64,000 nt of DNA from an uncultured Dictyoglomota bacterium (GCA_964654465.1 CAZZIO010000032.1:1-64000); one strand, 5' to 3'; positions 51,083-63,180 are shown, numbered from the stretch's first letter. Notes: a model not told the origin generated them from the sequence alone. A program made the numbers and translations.

Positions 51083-51697
51083 ATGTTAAGACGCTCTCCT
51101 TATAAAGATATAATAAATTACGAAAATATCCTTTCTAAGGATATAGGAGAAGGAGAGCGTCTTTTTCTGCACTATACCTTAATACAAGCAAAAAGTAATC
51201 TGGAAATAGCTGAAAAATCTGACTATTTTGTCTCTCCTCTTCTCTTTTTCTATGGTATAGTAGCATTAGCCAAAATTATAATTTTGAAAAACTCCAAGAT
51301 TATACCAAGAGAGGTTTTACATGGACTTACAGTAAGAGTAGCTGGAGAAAAATCCATAGATTGGACTAAAAACTATGATCCTAAAAATGAAACAGTTCTC
51401 GTTAAGGAAAAAGGTCTTTTTCCTACTTTTTACAAATCTATATCTTCCCATGCTCTTCCCGAGGGTGAAAAATACACCTTAGGAGATCTCTTCCTCTTTC
51501 TCGAAAAAAAAACCTCATTAGAACCTTTAGCTGTCCATTATCTTATTCTATTTCTTCTATCTATGCTAGCAAGATATGAACCTCAAAAGTGGGGATGGGC
51601 ATATGAAAAATCTTCTTTCTCAAGAGAATTGAATACCTATTTAAAAATTGTAGGAAGAGAGATTTATGATCTTTGGAGAGAGAAGATTAATTTATAA
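51083..51697 (+). CDS. YaaC-like protein (short)
   Basis: PLLFFYG, VLHGLT, HYLILFLLSMLARYEPQKW. Confidence 0.7.
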   Translation: MLRRSPYKDIINYENILSKDIGEGERLFLHYTLIQAKSNLEIAEKSDYFVSPLLFFYGIVALAKIIILKNSKIIPREVLHGLTVRVAGEKSIDWTKNYDPKNETVLVKEKGLFPTFYKSISSHALPEGEKYTLGDLFLFLEKKTSLEPLAVHYLILFLLSMLARYEPQKWGWAYEKSSFSRELNTYLKIVGREIYDLWREKINL

Positions 51698-52686
51698 TAG
51701 CTTTCAAAAAGATCCTTAATTAGAGAAATATTATAAAGATCTTTAAAACTCATTAGCTTATTATAACTTTTGTCAAAGTATTTTTCAGCAATATTAAAGG
51801 TAGCTTCTTTTACCCTTTTTTTATCTAAAAGCTCAATTATATATAAAATATCCCTCTCAGATAATCTTTCCCTCATCCATATTTCTTCTAACATCATTCT
51901 TTCCTTATCTGAAGCCTCCGAATATAAGTACAATACAGGATAAGTTTTCTTCCGTCGTAAAAGGTCATTAAAGGTGTTCTTTCCTGTTTTATTTGGATCA
52001 CCCCAAATTCCCATAGCATCATCAGCTATCTGGAAGAACAATCCAAAATCTCTACCAATCTCTTGGAAGATTTTTGCTATATCCTCCTTATAAATTGCTG
52101 AATAAGCTCCTAAATAGAAGCTTGTAGAAAAAAGTTTAGCTGTCTTTTTCTCTATCATAATAAGATATTCTTTAAGAGATACTTCTTTCTTTTTTTCAAA
52201 CAATAAATCCAGATATTGACCTTCTATAAGTTCTCTTATAGTCTCAGTAATAGTTGATAGGGTTTTAGCAAGAAGCTGAGGATTTAAATTAGATAGAACC
52301 TGAAATGTCATATCAAATAAAAGATCTCCCACATTTATAGCTTGAGCTTCTCCCCAAATTTTCCATACAGTCCATCTTCCATGTCTTTTCTCATCTCTAT
52401 CTTGAATATCATCATGAACAAGAGAAAAATTATGAAGAAATTCTAAAGAGGATGCTATATCTAAAACAGAGTCAAGATCACCACCTAAGGATTGATTTAT
52501 TAATACACAAAAAAGAGGTCTTAATCTTTTTCCACCTTTAAACTCCATAAGAGGCTGAAAGTTTTCATCCACCCAGCCCATATGGTATGCAGTAATAAAA
52601 TGAACTGGAACCTCTGATGAAAACTTATTCCAATTTTCTTGTAATCTTTTCTCTATTTGAAGAAGATATTTTTGAATTTCGTTCAT
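51664..52686 (-). CDS. Polyprenyl diphosphate synthase (short-chain/GGPP type)
   Basis: GGKRLRP, FSLVHDDIQDRD..RHG, GQYLD, KKTA, FQIADD..GIWGD. Confidence 0.92.
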   Translation of the reverse strand: MNEIQKYLLQIEKRLQENWNKFSSEVPVHFITAYHMGWVDENFQPLMEFKGGKRLRPLFCVLINQSLGGDLDSVLDIASSLEFLHNFSLVHDDIQDRDEKRHGRWTVWKIWGEAQAINVGDLLFDMTFQVLSNLNPQLLAKTLSTITETIRELIEGQYLDLLFEKKKEVSLKEYLIMIEKKTAKLFSTSFYLGAYSAIYKEDIAKIFQEIGRDFGLFFQIADDAMGIWGDPNKTGKNTFNDLLRRKKTYPVLYLYSEASDKERMMLEEIWMRERLSERDILYIIELLDKKRVKEATFNIAEKYFDKSYNKLMSFKDLYNISLIKDLFESYYKLIFSLQRS

Positions 52687-53294
52687 ATCCATTCCATTAA
52701 TTCTTTAAAAAATTCCAAAAAATGTTTATCTGATAAAGCTTCGTTATGAGCAGGTGTTATACATACCACCTTTCCATTACCATAACAATGATACCATCCT
52801 GCTATGGATTCCCCATTTAAGGATTTGGAATAAAGAAAAACATTTGTTCTTCCTTTATCACAATATACAAAATAGTGTTCATCAAGAAGCTCAAAATTTA
52901 TATTTTTCCCATCCTTAGGCGATTTTCCGAAATATTCTACTTTCCCTCTTTCAGGATGATATTTAAAATAACCTTTTAATATATCTTTTACAAAAAGACT
53001 TTCTGGATCATAGGAGGCAAGACCAGAGTGCCAGACTAAAAATTTTCCTCCTTCTAATATATAATTTTGTATATTACTTTCTATATCTTTTCGCATCCAA
53101 ACTTTGTCTTTATCTTGCCCTATTCTATTTTCCCTTCCCAAAATAATTAGATGATAATTTTTTAAATTAATAGGAAAATCATCTGGAATTATATAATCAA
53201 TATAGTCCTCTTTATTTTTTACTTTTTCTAAGACTTCTTTCAAATAAACTTCAGGATGATAAAAATCCCCTAATATTGCAAGAATTCTCCTCAT
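52683..53294 (-). CDS. ThuA-like (class I GATase-like) domain protein
   Basis: GDFYH, WHSGLASY, HP, DEHYF, GKV..PAH. Confidence 0.75.
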   Translation of the reverse strand: MRRILAILGDFYHPEVYLKEVLEKVKNKEDYIDYIIPDDFPINLKNYHLIILGRENRIGQDKDKVWMRKDIESNIQNYILEGGKFLVWHSGLASYDPESLFVKDILKGYFKYHPERGKVEYFGKSPKDGKNINFELLDEHYFVYCDKGRTNVFLYSKSLNGESIAGWYHCYGNGKVVCITPAHNEALSDKHFLEFFKELMEWI

Positions 53295-53297
53295 TTT

Positions 53298-53753
53298 CTA
53301 AAAATTCTCCAAAAGTTCTATTATAAATTTTATTCTTTCAAATGAATCAAGATAAGTATACATACCACCTGTATAGTAGCCTTGCTGAGCAACTTCTATC
53401 CCATTTTTCTTAAAATCCTCTATTATCTTTTTCGTACCCTTTACTAAAAATCCTAAATGATGTACCCCTTCCCCATGAGTATCTAAAAACTCTCTCCAAG
53501 TAGAAGGATTTTCATCCGGTTCAATAAGTTCTATCTCTACGTTCTTAAAATTTTTAAAGAAAGCAAGCTTAGCCCTTGCTGGTGTAGGATTTCCTTTATA
53601 TTGTGTCTTAGCTTTTTCATAGACATCAGTGATAATAATTTCAGGTTTTTCAACCCCAAAAATTTTAGAATATTCCTCTACTGCCTTTTCAATATCTCTC
53701 ACAATTATACCTATCTGAACCACTACATCAGTACCTAAAATATCATTCACCAT
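53298..53753 (-). CDS. VOC/glyoxalase family protein
   Basis: QIGIIVRDIE, IELIEP, WREFLDTHGEGVHHLG, IELLE. Confidence 0.88.
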   Translation of the reverse strand: MVNDILGTDVVVQIGIIVRDIEKAVEEYSKIFGVEKPEIIITDVYEKAKTQYKGNPTPARAKLAFFKNFKNVEIELIEPDENPSTWREFLDTHGEGVHHLGFLVKGTKKIIEDFKKNGIEVAQQGYYTGGMYTYLDSFERIKFIIELLENF

Positions 53754-54357
53754 TTTCCTTTTCCTCCTTACAATATATTCTATTTTTAATTATATAATTT
53801 TCTACAAGATCTGGTACCAAGTATTTAATAGACAACCCTTTTTTTATTCTGTCCCTAATCTCTCTTGCCGAAATTGGGAAATATGGAAATTCCAGAAAAA
53901 AGATTCTATCTTCAAATTTTTCAAAAAGCTCCTTAATCTCTTCGGAAAAATAATTTTCTCCTCTACTTCCAATAACTATTTTTGAAAGTCCCAAAATATC
54001 ATAAGGATCCTTCCAAGTTAGAAAATATTTAAATGCATCTTGTCCCAGTAAAAGATACATCTCCGTATTATAAAAAAGAGAAGATAGATCTTTTAAAGTG
54101 TCAATAGTGTAAGAAACACCTTCTCTTTCAAGCTCTATAGGTAATACCTCAAAATAAGGATTATTAAGAATAGCTAACATAACCATCTCATATCTTTGTT
54201 TTGAGGTAGCTTCTGGAATTTCTCTATGGGGTGGTATCTTATTAGGTATAAAAAATACCTTATCTAAATGAAATTTTTCTCTTGCATATTCTGCAAACCA
54301 GAGATGTCCATAATGAATAGGATCAAAAGTACCTCCTAAAACGCCAATTCTCTTCAT
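53743..54357 (-). CDS. nadD: Nicotinate-nucleotide adenylyltransferase
   Basis: GGTFDPIHYGH, PPH, SYTIDT, ISAREIR. Confidence 0.95.
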   Translation of the reverse strand: MKRIGVLGGTFDPIHYGHLWFAEYAREKFHLDKVFFIPNKIPPHREIPEATSKQRYEMVMLAILNNPYFEVLPIELEREGVSYTIDTLKDLSSLFYNTEMYLLLGQDAFKYFLTWKDPYDILGLSKIVIGSRGENYFSEEIKELFEKFEDRIFFLEFPYFPISAREIRDRIKKGLSIKYLVPDLVENYIIKNRIYCKEEKENGE

Positions 54358-54359
54358 AG

Positions 54360-55933
<1,574 letters not shown>

Positions 55934-55952
55934 TTATTTTCACCTCCTATTT

Positions 55953-56267
55953 TTAAGGTATTACTATTTCTTGTATTAAGAGTTGTGTAAACGGCTGTCT
56001 ATGACCATACTTTCTTCTATAATGTTTCTTTCTTTTGAACTTAAATACAATTACTTTTGGATATTTATCCTGCCTAACTACCTTTGCCTTAATCTTAGCA
56101 CCATTTACGTATGGCTTTCCTACCAAAACGTTATCCTCTTTACTTACCAATAGAACTTTATCCAATACTACCTCTTCACCCACATTTGCTTTTATTTTTT
56201 CCACATTAACTAAGCTTCCTACACTTACTTTATATTGTTTCCCTCCTGTTTCCACTATAGCAAACAT
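55953..56267 (-). CDS. rplU: 50S ribosomal protein L21
   Basis: [21 protein letters not shown]. Confidence 0.98.
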   Translation of the reverse strand: MFAIVETGGKQYKVSVGSLVNVEKIKANVGEEVVLDKVLLVSKEDNVLVGKPYVNGAKIKAKVVRQDKYPKVIVFKFKRKKHYRRKYGHRQPFTQLLIQEIVIP

Positions 56268-56461
56268 TCCCTATAACCTCCTTACAAAAGTTGATATTTT
56301 AAATGAATTAACATTACAATTTATCACTTTATACAAGTATTTGTCAAGATTTCAAGATTAGAAAATAAAATTTGACAACTTTAGTTATATAATTCTATAC
56401 TTTAATAAGCTTTTACTTTTATACATATATTTTGCAAATTATGAAAATGGAGGTAAATAAT

Positions 56462-57601
56462 ATGAACCAAAAAAGTAAGGTTAGTATAGTGAGAACAACT
56501 AATAAAAATATATATAATGCTGTTGGAGATGCGATAGATCTTATTGGCGGAATTGATAAATTTGTAAAGTCAGGTGATGTTGTTCTAATAAAACCAAATG
56601 CCTTTATAAGTAAGGAAGAGAAAGGTTTTATTTCAGACCCTGATGTGGTTCTTTCCATAGCAAGGTTATGTAAAGAACAAGGAGCAAAAGAGGTATATAT
56701 AGGAGAGAGAACACCTAGTGTTTATAAATGGTATCCTCAAGAGAAAATAGATATAGCAAAAGTAGTATGCTTTGATGACACTCATTTTAATTTAAGGGTA
56801 TTACCTAATGCCAGAGTTATAAAAACAGCTGTTCCCATACCTAAAATTGTAGAAGAATGTGATGTATTTATAAATGTACCTGGTCTGAGATTTCATGCCT
56901 TAACTATTATATCAAATGGTATGAAAAACATAATGGGAATTATGCCTAAGGAAACAACTCTTTTGATACACCTTTCTGGATTAGAGGATGCAATTGTAGA
57001 TCTTAACTATTTTAGAAGAAGTAATCTTGTAATTTCTACTGCAATACATACTATAGTTGGAAATTTCCCAGTTACAGGATATGGAATAGAGAGTAATACA
57101 TTGATTGCTGGAGATAATGTAGTTGCTGTAGATTCTGTATCAGCATTAATATTAAATGCTGATCCTCACAATATAAGACACCTAACATTAGCAAATGACT
57201 TAGGACTTGGACCTATAGATATGGGGAATATAGAACTTGTTGGTGAATCTATAGAATCTTTAGAATGGAGAAAAAATATTGCTTTGCCAATCATAGACTA
57301 TGAAAATTTTAGGGACAGAATAAATATAATAGATCCATTTAAGGCATGCCAGGGATGTAAAAGGGCAGTAAGCAGTGGTCTCTCAGACATCATTGAAAAC
57401 TATCCAGATGTTGATCTTTCAGATGTAACTATAGTATTAGGCCCTGTTGAAGATTTGGACAAATTTAAACTGACAGATAAAATCATTCTTTTTGGGAATT
57501 GCACTTTTCCATATAGAGATAGAGGACTATATGTACAAGGTTGTCCCCCAAGAGCTAATATGGCAAAGCAAGCAATAAAGGATATTAAAAATTTAAAGTA
57601 A
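56462..57601 (+). CDS. DUF362 family protein with Cys-rich C-terminal domain
   Basis: VLIKPN, INVP, KNIMG, VAVD; CQGC..GNC..GCPP; start after GGAGG. Confidence 0.8.
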   Translation: MNQKSKVSIVRTTNKNIYNAVGDAIDLIGGIDKFVKSGDVVLIKPNAFISKEEKGFISDPDVVLSIARLCKEQGAKEVYIGERTPSVYKWYPQEKIDIAKVVCFDDTHFNLRVLPNARVIKTAVPIPKIVEECDVFINVPGLRFHALTIISNGMKNIMGIMPKETTLLIHLSGLEDAIVDLNYFRRSNLVISTAIHTIVGNFPVTGYGIESNTLIAGDNVVAVDSVSALILNADPHNIRHLTLANDLGLGPIDMGNIELVGESIESLEWRKNIALPIIDYENFRDRINIIDPFKACQGCKRAVSSGLSDIIENYPDVDLSDVTIVLGPVEDLDKFKLTDKIILFGNCTFPYRDRGLYVQGCPPRANMAKQAIKDIKNLK

Positions 57602-58579
57602 TATAATTTTATCGCTATCTGCCGATTCTCTTGCCTTAATAGCTACCTCAGTAACATAGAAGGAATCTTCTGGCCTAACCATACATTTTCCCTTCCCCAT
57701 TATTTCATTGATAAAATCCACAAAGATCCTTTTTCCTGGCATAAGTAGTAACTCTTCACCTTTATACTTCTCGTTTATTAAAAATACTTTGTTAAAAATG
57801 ATTTCTATTATACCATCCGTACCCACAATTCTTACTCTATCATCATCATGAGTTGGAGCATTAGATGGTCTTAAATAATCAATGCTTAAAGAAGCAAATA
57901 TTTCGTTTTCCAAAGTAAAAAAACAAAGAGCTGTGACCTCTAAATCCCCATTATCTTTGTTATATTTTCTTGAGTGAGTAGCATATACTTTTTTAAATTT
58001 CTTATTGGTAAACCAATAAATCCAATCAATAGCATGAATTCCTACCCATGGAATTGTCCCCCCATAAGATTCCCTGTGTTTATAAAACTCTGGTCTATTC
58101 CCTAATTTGTAAGATTTTTGAGTGTTTATTAATCTAATATTACCTATTACACCTTCTTGAATTTTATGCCAAGCTGTTAGAAACCATGATTTGTATCTTA
58201 TTCCAAACATAGCACATAGATGTTTATTGGATTCATAATAAACTTTCTTCAGATTTTCTAGATCTTCCATGGTAGTAGCTAATGGTTTCTCACTAAAAAC
58301 ATGACAACCATACTTCAATACTTTCATATTTAACCTTGCAATGTCTCCAAAATGACAAGCAACTACTGCTATATCAGGCTTAGTTTCTTCTATCATCTTC
58401 TCATAATTATCATACACATTTACCTTATAAGGAAGAGCTTTTATCGTTTCTAAAACTTTGCTTATATCCTCACCATATGATCCAGGAGCAACACCAACAA
58501 TTTTATAATCTGTAATTTCCTTTAATCCTTCCATCACGTAATTTATATGTCCAGAACCACCTATAATGACTATTTTCAT
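57593..58579 (-). CDS. Gfo/Idh/MocA family oxidoreductase
   Basis: IIGGSGH, EKPLA, GGTIPWVGIHAIDW. Confidence 0.9.
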   Translation of the reverse strand: MKIVIIGGSGHINYVMEGLKEITDYKIVGVAPGSYGEDISKVLETIKALPYKVNVYDNYEKMIEETKPDIAVVACHFGDIARLNMKVLKYGCHVFSEKPLATTMEDLENLKKVYYESNKHLCAMFGIRYKSWFLTAWHKIQEGVIGNIRLINTQKSYKLGNRPEFYKHRESYGGTIPWVGIHAIDWIYWFTNKKFKKVYATHSRKYNKDNGDLEVTALCFFTLENEIFASLSIDYLRPSNAPTHDDDRVRIVGTDGIIEIIFNKVFLINEKYKGEELLLMPGKRIFVDFINEIMGKGKCMVRPEDSFYVTEVAIKARESADSDKIILL

Positions 58580-58636
58580 TACTTTTTACCTCCTAAATAG
58601 ATAATTTCTATGATTATTATATCTTAGAAATGATCA

Positions 58637-58736
58637 TTGAAAAATCTCATAATTTTTGATAAAATACAGCTTGGAAAGATCAGAAGATAAATTGTACATT
58701 TGAGATGTTGACAAACTATCAATAATATAGTATATA
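58637..58736 (+). promoter_or_regulatory. Tandem sigma70 promoters for the tRNA cluster
   Basis: TTGAAA(58637)-17-TAAAAT with TGn, and TTGACA(58708)-17-TATATA. Confidence 0.6.
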
Positions 58737-58749
58737 AAAATACCTGTGT

Positions 58750-58825
58750 GAGCCGCTAGCTCAGTCGGTAGAGCACCTGACTTTTAATCAGGGGGTCACA
58801 GGTTCGATTCCTGTGCGGCTCACCA
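58750..58825 (+). tRNA. tRNA-Lys(TTT)
   Basis: Cloverleaf, CCTGA-CTTTTAA-TCAGG, CCA. Confidence 0.97.
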
Positions 58826-58833
58826 ATGAAAGG

Positions 58834-58911
58834 GCCCTCATCGTCTAGCCCGGCCTAGGACACCGCTCTTTCAAGGCGGTGACGGGGGTTCGAATCCCCC
58901 TGAGGGCGCCA
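58834..58911 (+). tRNA. tRNA-Glu(TTC)
   Basis: Cloverleaf, CCGCT-CTTTCAA-GGCGG, CCA. Confidence 0.97.
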
Positions 58912-58915
58912 AAGT

Positions 58916-58991
58916 GGGCGGATAGCTCAGTGGTTAGAGCGCCTGCCTTACAAGCAGGAGGTCGTAGGTTCAAGTCCTGCTCCGCCCACCA
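58916..58991 (+). tRNA. tRNA-Val(TAC)
   Basis: Cloverleaf, CCTGC-CTTACAA-GCAGG, CCA. Confidence 0.97.
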
Positions 58992-59017
58992 TAAAAAAAT
59001 GATATAATATATAATGT

Positions 59018-59096
59018 GGGGTCGTGGTGTAGCCCGGTTTAACACACCTGCCTGTCACGCAGGAGACCGCGGGTTCGAATCCCGTCGACCCCGCCA
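59018..59096 (+). tRNA. tRNA-Asp(GTC)
   Basis: Cloverleaf, CCTGC-CTGTCAC-GCAGG, CCA. Confidence 0.97.
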
Positions 59097-59124
59097 TTTT
59101 TTTATAGTAAATTGAACCTTGAGG

Positions 59125-59199
59125 GCCGGTGTAGCTCAGAGGCAGAGCAGCCGATTCGTAATCGGCATGTCGCCGGTTCGAATCCGGCCTCCGGCTCCA
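59125..59199 (+). tRNA. tRNA-Thr(CGT)
   Basis: Cloverleaf, GCCGA-TTCGTAA-TCGGC, CCA; one T:T mismatch in the acceptor stem. Confidence 0.93.
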
Positions 59200-59217
59200 T
59201 AAGAAGGTGTTATTTAT

Positions 59218-59631
59218 ATGGTTGAATTTGGCAAGGTTGTAGATAAAAAGGGTAATATTTTAAAGATAGAATTAAACCCTACCTCTACGTGTAAGATATG
59301 TGGTCTTTGTCATTCGGAAGGTACATATAACTTTTATCTTGATGCCTTAGATAATTGTAACGCAAAAGTTGGCGACACAGTCGTTATTGAGATAGAAAGA
59401 AAAAAATATTATAAGGCCTTATTTTTAATATACGGATTACCTTTAATTCTTTTCATTATTGGCGTTATTTTGGGATACTTATTCAATCCCAAAATACATT
59501 TTGACCCTCAACTTTTTGGACTAATCTTAGGCTTCTTATTAATGGCTCTTGGTTATATTTTGGTAAGATTTTTAGATCGTAAGTTAAGTAAAAAACAACA
59601 ATATATTATGGTGGCTAAAAAAGTTGTTTAA
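59218..59631 (+). CDS. RseC/MucC family protein
   Basis: CKICGLC, AKVGDTV, LIYGLPL, two TM helices. Confidence 0.85.
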   Translation: MVEFGKVVDKKGNILKIELNPTSTCKICGLCHSEGTYNFYLDALDNCNAKVGDTVVIEIERKKYYKALFLIYGLPLILFIIGVILGYLFNPKIHFDPQLFGLILGFLLMALGYILVRFLDRKLSKKQQYIMVAKKVV

Positions 59632-59872
59632 AGATTTTAAGCCTCCAAAGGGATATAAATTACTCATAACTGCACCAAACTATATAATTGGTGAATTAGT
59701 ATATAACTTATTAACCACTTCAGGTTTACATCCTCAAATTTTATCTTCCTCTTTTCCCTACACAGATCCTGTATATATGGGCAGAGGATTACCTGTTTAC
59801 ATAATAGTACCAGAAAACGAGTTTGAAGAGGCTAAAAGAGTTATAGAAGAAGAAAACATAGATAATAATTGA
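59624..59872 (+). CDS. DUF2007-like small protein
   Basis: LLTTSGLHP..IIVPENEFEEAKRVI pattern. Confidence 0.65.
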   Translation: MFKDFKPPKGYKLLITAPNYIIGELVYNLLTTSGLHPQILSSSFPYTDPVYMGRGLPVYIIVPENEFEEAKRVIEEENIDNN

Positions 59873-59897
59873 CTTAATTTATTAACCTTTTTATAAT
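59869..59897 (+). promoter_or_regulatory. Sigma70 promoter for proA-proC-htrA-rlmH
   Basis: TTGACT-17 nt-TATAAT. Confidence 0.65.
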
Positions 59898-59929
59898 CAG
59901 AAAAATTTTAAGTTCTGGGGTGAGAAAAG

Positions 59930-61177
59930 ATGGAGAATATGGAAAAGAAATTACAAGAAGCTAAAGCTGCAAGTTATAAATTAGCATTACTCAAAACCAA
60001 GGCAAAAAATGAAGCATTAAGAAAAATAGCAGAAGGTATAGAAAAAAATATTCCAATAATATTGGAGGAAAATAAAAAAGATCTAAAAAGAGGAGAAGAA
60101 AAAGGCTTAAGTAAAGCATTAATGGACAGAATACTTCTCAATGAGAAACGTCTAAAAGACATTGTTCGAAGCATTGAAGATGTAATTAAACTGCCAGATC
60201 CAGTTGGAGAAATTATTTCTATGCAAAAAAGGCCTAATGGGATACTAGTAGGACAGATGAGAGTACCTATTGGTGTTTTAGCTTTAATCTACGAAGCACG
60301 ACCAAATGTAACTGTTGATGGAGCAATTTTAGCAATAAAATCGGGAAATTCTATAGTTCTAAGAGGAAGTTCAGATGCCTTATATTCAAATATTGTTCTT
60401 GCTAATATAATGAAGGAAGCATTATCAGAATCAGAAGTACCCCCAGAAAGTATCCAAATTATAGAGACACCAGAACACTCAGCTGTAGAAAAACTTCTTC
60501 AAATGAGAGATTATATAGATGTGGTCATACCGAGAGGAAGTGCAAATTTTATTAAATATGTAATGAATATATCTAAGGTACCTGTCATAGAAACTGGCGC
60601 AGGAAATAATCATATATATGTAGAAGAAGATGCTGATTTTGATATGGCGAGAAAAATAATAATAAATGCAAAAGTTCAAAGACCATCTGTTTGTAATGCT
60701 ATTGAAAAGCTTCTTATTCACAAAAATATTGCAGATAAATTCATACCATTAATAGTTGAAGACTTAAGAAAATATAATGTGGAGATTAGAGGTTGTGAAA
60801 AAACATGTCAAATTATAAAAGATGCAATTTTAGCTACAGAAGAAGATTGGTACACTGAATATTTAGATCTTATTATTGCAATAAAAGTAGTAAATTCTTT
60901 GGAGGAAGCTATAGAACACATAAATAAATACAATACAAAACACTCAGAAGCTATTATAACAAAAGATTATCATAAAGCAATGACTTTCCTGCAAAGAGTT
61001 GATGCAGCTGCTGTTTATGTTAATGCATCTACTAGATTCACTGATGGTGGAGAATTTGGGCTCGGTGCAGAGATAGGAATATCTACTCAAAAACTACATG
61101 CAAGAGGACCTATGGGATTAAAGGAGCTGACCACCACTAAATATATCATCTTTGGAGAAGGTCAGATAAGAGAATAA
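59930..61177 (+). CDS. proA: Gamma-glutamyl phosphate reductase
   Basis: IYEARPNVT, VIPRG, SVCNAIE, NASTRFTDG, GISTQKLHARGPMG. Confidence 0.96.
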   Translation: MENMEKKLQEAKAASYKLALLKTKAKNEALRKIAEGIEKNIPIILEENKKDLKRGEEKGLSKALMDRILLNEKRLKDIVRSIEDVIKLPDPVGEIISMQKRPNGILVGQMRVPIGVLALIYEARPNVTVDGAILAIKSGNSIVLRGSSDALYSNIVLANIMKEALSESEVPPESIQIIETPEHSAVEKLLQMRDYIDVVIPRGSANFIKYVMNISKVPVIETGAGNNHIYVEEDADFDMARKIIINAKVQRPSVCNAIEKLLIHKNIADKFIPLIVEDLRKYNVEIRGCEKTCQIIKDAILATEEDWYTEYLDLIIAIKVVNSLEEAIEHINKYNTKHSEAIITKDYHKAMTFLQRVDAAAVYVNASTRFTDGGEFGLGAEIGISTQKLHARGPMGLKELTTTKYIIFGEGQIRE

Positions 61178-61195
61178 AAAGAAAGGAGAAGTAAT

Positions 61196-62014
61196 ATGAA
61201 ACTTGGTATTATTGGTGGAGGAATGATGGGAGAAGCTATTCTCTCGGGTATACTTTCCTCTTCCTTTTTAAAAAAAGAAGATATATTAGTCTCAGAACCT
61301 CTTGAAGAGAGAAAAAAATGTTTAACAGAAAAATATGAAATAAGGGTGGTTTCAGATAATGTATATACGGTGAATAATTGTGAATATATTCTTTTAGCTA
61401 TAAAACCACAAAACTTCAAAGAGGTACTTCAAGAAATTTCTCCACATATAAAATCCCATCATGTAATAATATCAATAGCAGCTGGTATTCCTATTTCCTT
61501 AATATCTAAATATATAAAAGAAGCAAGAAGTATTATTAGAGTAATGCCTAATCTTCCCTGTACTGTTAATAAAGGAACAATAGCGATTACATATTCAGAA
61601 GCAAAAGAGGAAGATATTAAGTTTACTAAAAGTCTTTTTGAAACAACTGGAAAAGTATGGATTTTGCCTGAAAAATATTTTGATACAGTAACTGCTCTTA
61701 CGGGAAGTGGTCCAGCTTTTGTTGCTTTAATTTTACAAGGTTTTACATTATCAGGTGTAAAAGGTGGGATACCATATAATATATCAAAAGAGATAGTTAT
61801 TCAACTTTTCGAGGGAGTATTGGAGTATATTAAGAGTAAAAATCTAACCTTTGAAGATATAATTAGAATGACCTCATCACCTGCTGGCACAACCATCATG
61901 GGACTTGAAGTTCTATATAATGAAGGAATTATTGGAATAATTATGAATGCTATAACGTCATCCAAAAATAGAGGCTCTGAAATAACTAATGAGATTAAGG
62001 AGGGACTGCTATGA
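61196..62014 (+). CDS. proC: Pyrroline-5-carboxylate reductase
   Basis: GIIGGGMMG, AIKPQ, ISIAAG, RVMPN, GSGPA, SPAGTT. Confidence 0.95.
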   Translation: MKLGIIGGGMMGEAILSGILSSSFLKKEDILVSEPLEERKKCLTEKYEIRVVSDNVYTVNNCEYILLAIKPQNFKEVLQEISPHIKSHHVIISIAAGIPISLISKYIKEARSIIRVMPNLPCTVNKGTIAITYSEAKEEDIKFTKSLFETTGKVWILPEKYFDTVTALTGSGPAFVALILQGFTLSGVKGGIPYNISKEIVIQLFEGVLEYIKSKNLTFEDIIRMTSSPAGTTIMGLEVLYNEGIIGIIMNAITSSKNRGSEITNEIKEGLL

Positions 62015-63180
62015 GAAGAGAAAGAGGAATATGGCAGGTTATACTTATTATTTTCATCTTGGGAGCTATAATAGGTGGCTTAATTGGAACTGTTGGAGGT
62101 TACTATTTAGTTAGTAATAAAAATAAAACATCATCCACAGAAATATCCAATAATATTCTTCCCACTCAAGAGGTTTATGTACCAAGTGCATTAGGATCTT
62201 TTGAAAAAGATGTAGTAGCTATTGTTAAAAAGACAATGCCAGCAGTAGTAAACATAAGTACTATTACTTTAGTTGAAGACTTTTTCTTTGGAGTATATCC
62301 TCAGTCAGGAGTAGGTTCAGGCTTCGTCATAGATCCTAAGGGATACATTCTTACAAACTATCATGTGGTAGAAGGAGCAAGAAAAATAGAAGTTACACTA
62401 TCGGAAGGTAAAAAATATACAGGTAAGGTAATAGGATATGATAAAAGATCAGATTTAGCAGTAATCAAAATAGATGCTGAAAATCTTCCTTATCTGCCCT
62501 TAGGAGATTCTGATAAATTAGAACCAGGTCAATTTGCCATAGCTATAGGAAACCCTTATGGTCTTAATAGGACAGTCACCTTAGGAATAGTTAGTGCTCT
62601 TAACAGAACCATTATTGAACCTAATGGAGTAAGACTTGAAAATCTTATTCAAACAGATGCTGCTATTAACCCTGGAAATAGTGGTGGACCACTTATAAAT
62701 ATAAAGGGAGAAGTTATAGGTATAAATACTGCAATAAAAAGTGATGCCCAAGGAATTGGGTTTGCAATACCAATTAACAAAGCTAAACAAATTGCAAACA
62801 AATTAATTAAAGAAGGAAAAATTACTTACCCATGGATAGGTATAAGAGGATATGCTATTACTTCTGATATGTTGGATTATATTAAGTTCCCTGTAAATAA
62901 AGGAGTAGTTATAGCAGAAGTAGTACCTGGAAGTCCTGCTGATAAAGCTGGCTTAAAAGGAGGAAACAGAGTCATTTATGTTGATGGTACTCAAATAATT
63001 GTAGGTGGAGATATCATCACTAAAATTGACGGAAAAAGTGTAGATAGTATGGAAGAACTAAGGTCAGAAATACAAAAAAGAAAAGTAGGAGATGTGGTAG
63101 AAATAACATACATAAGAAATGGAAAGGAATATACTGTTAAAATTAAGTTAGAAGCAATGCCAGAAGACATATCCGGATAG
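62011..63180 (+). CDS. htrA: HtrA/DegP-like serine protease with one PDZ domain
   Basis: N-terminal [31 protein letters not shown]. Confidence 0.93.
   Translation: MRRERGIWQVILIIFILGAIIGGLIGTVGGYYLVSNKNKTSSTEISNNILPTQEVYVPSALGSFEKDVVAIVKKTMPAVVNISTITLVEDFFFGVYPQSGVGSGFVIDPKGYILTNYHVVEGARKIEVTLSEGKKYTGKVIGYDKRSDLAVIKIDAENLPYLPLGDSDKLEPGQFAIAIGNPYGLNRTVTLGIVSALNRTIIEPNGVRLENLIQTDAAINPGNSGGPLINIKGEVIGINTAIKSDAQGIGFAIPINKAKQIANKLIKEGKITYPWIGIRGYAITSDMLDYIKFPVNKGVVIAEVVPGSPADKAGLKGGNRVIYVDGTQIIVGGDIITKIDGKSVDSMEELRSEIQKRKVGDVVEITYIRNGKEYTVKIKLEAMPEDISG

Noticed and set aside
58845..59045. 66-aa ORF on the minus strand
   Set aside because: Antisense to the tRNA cluster
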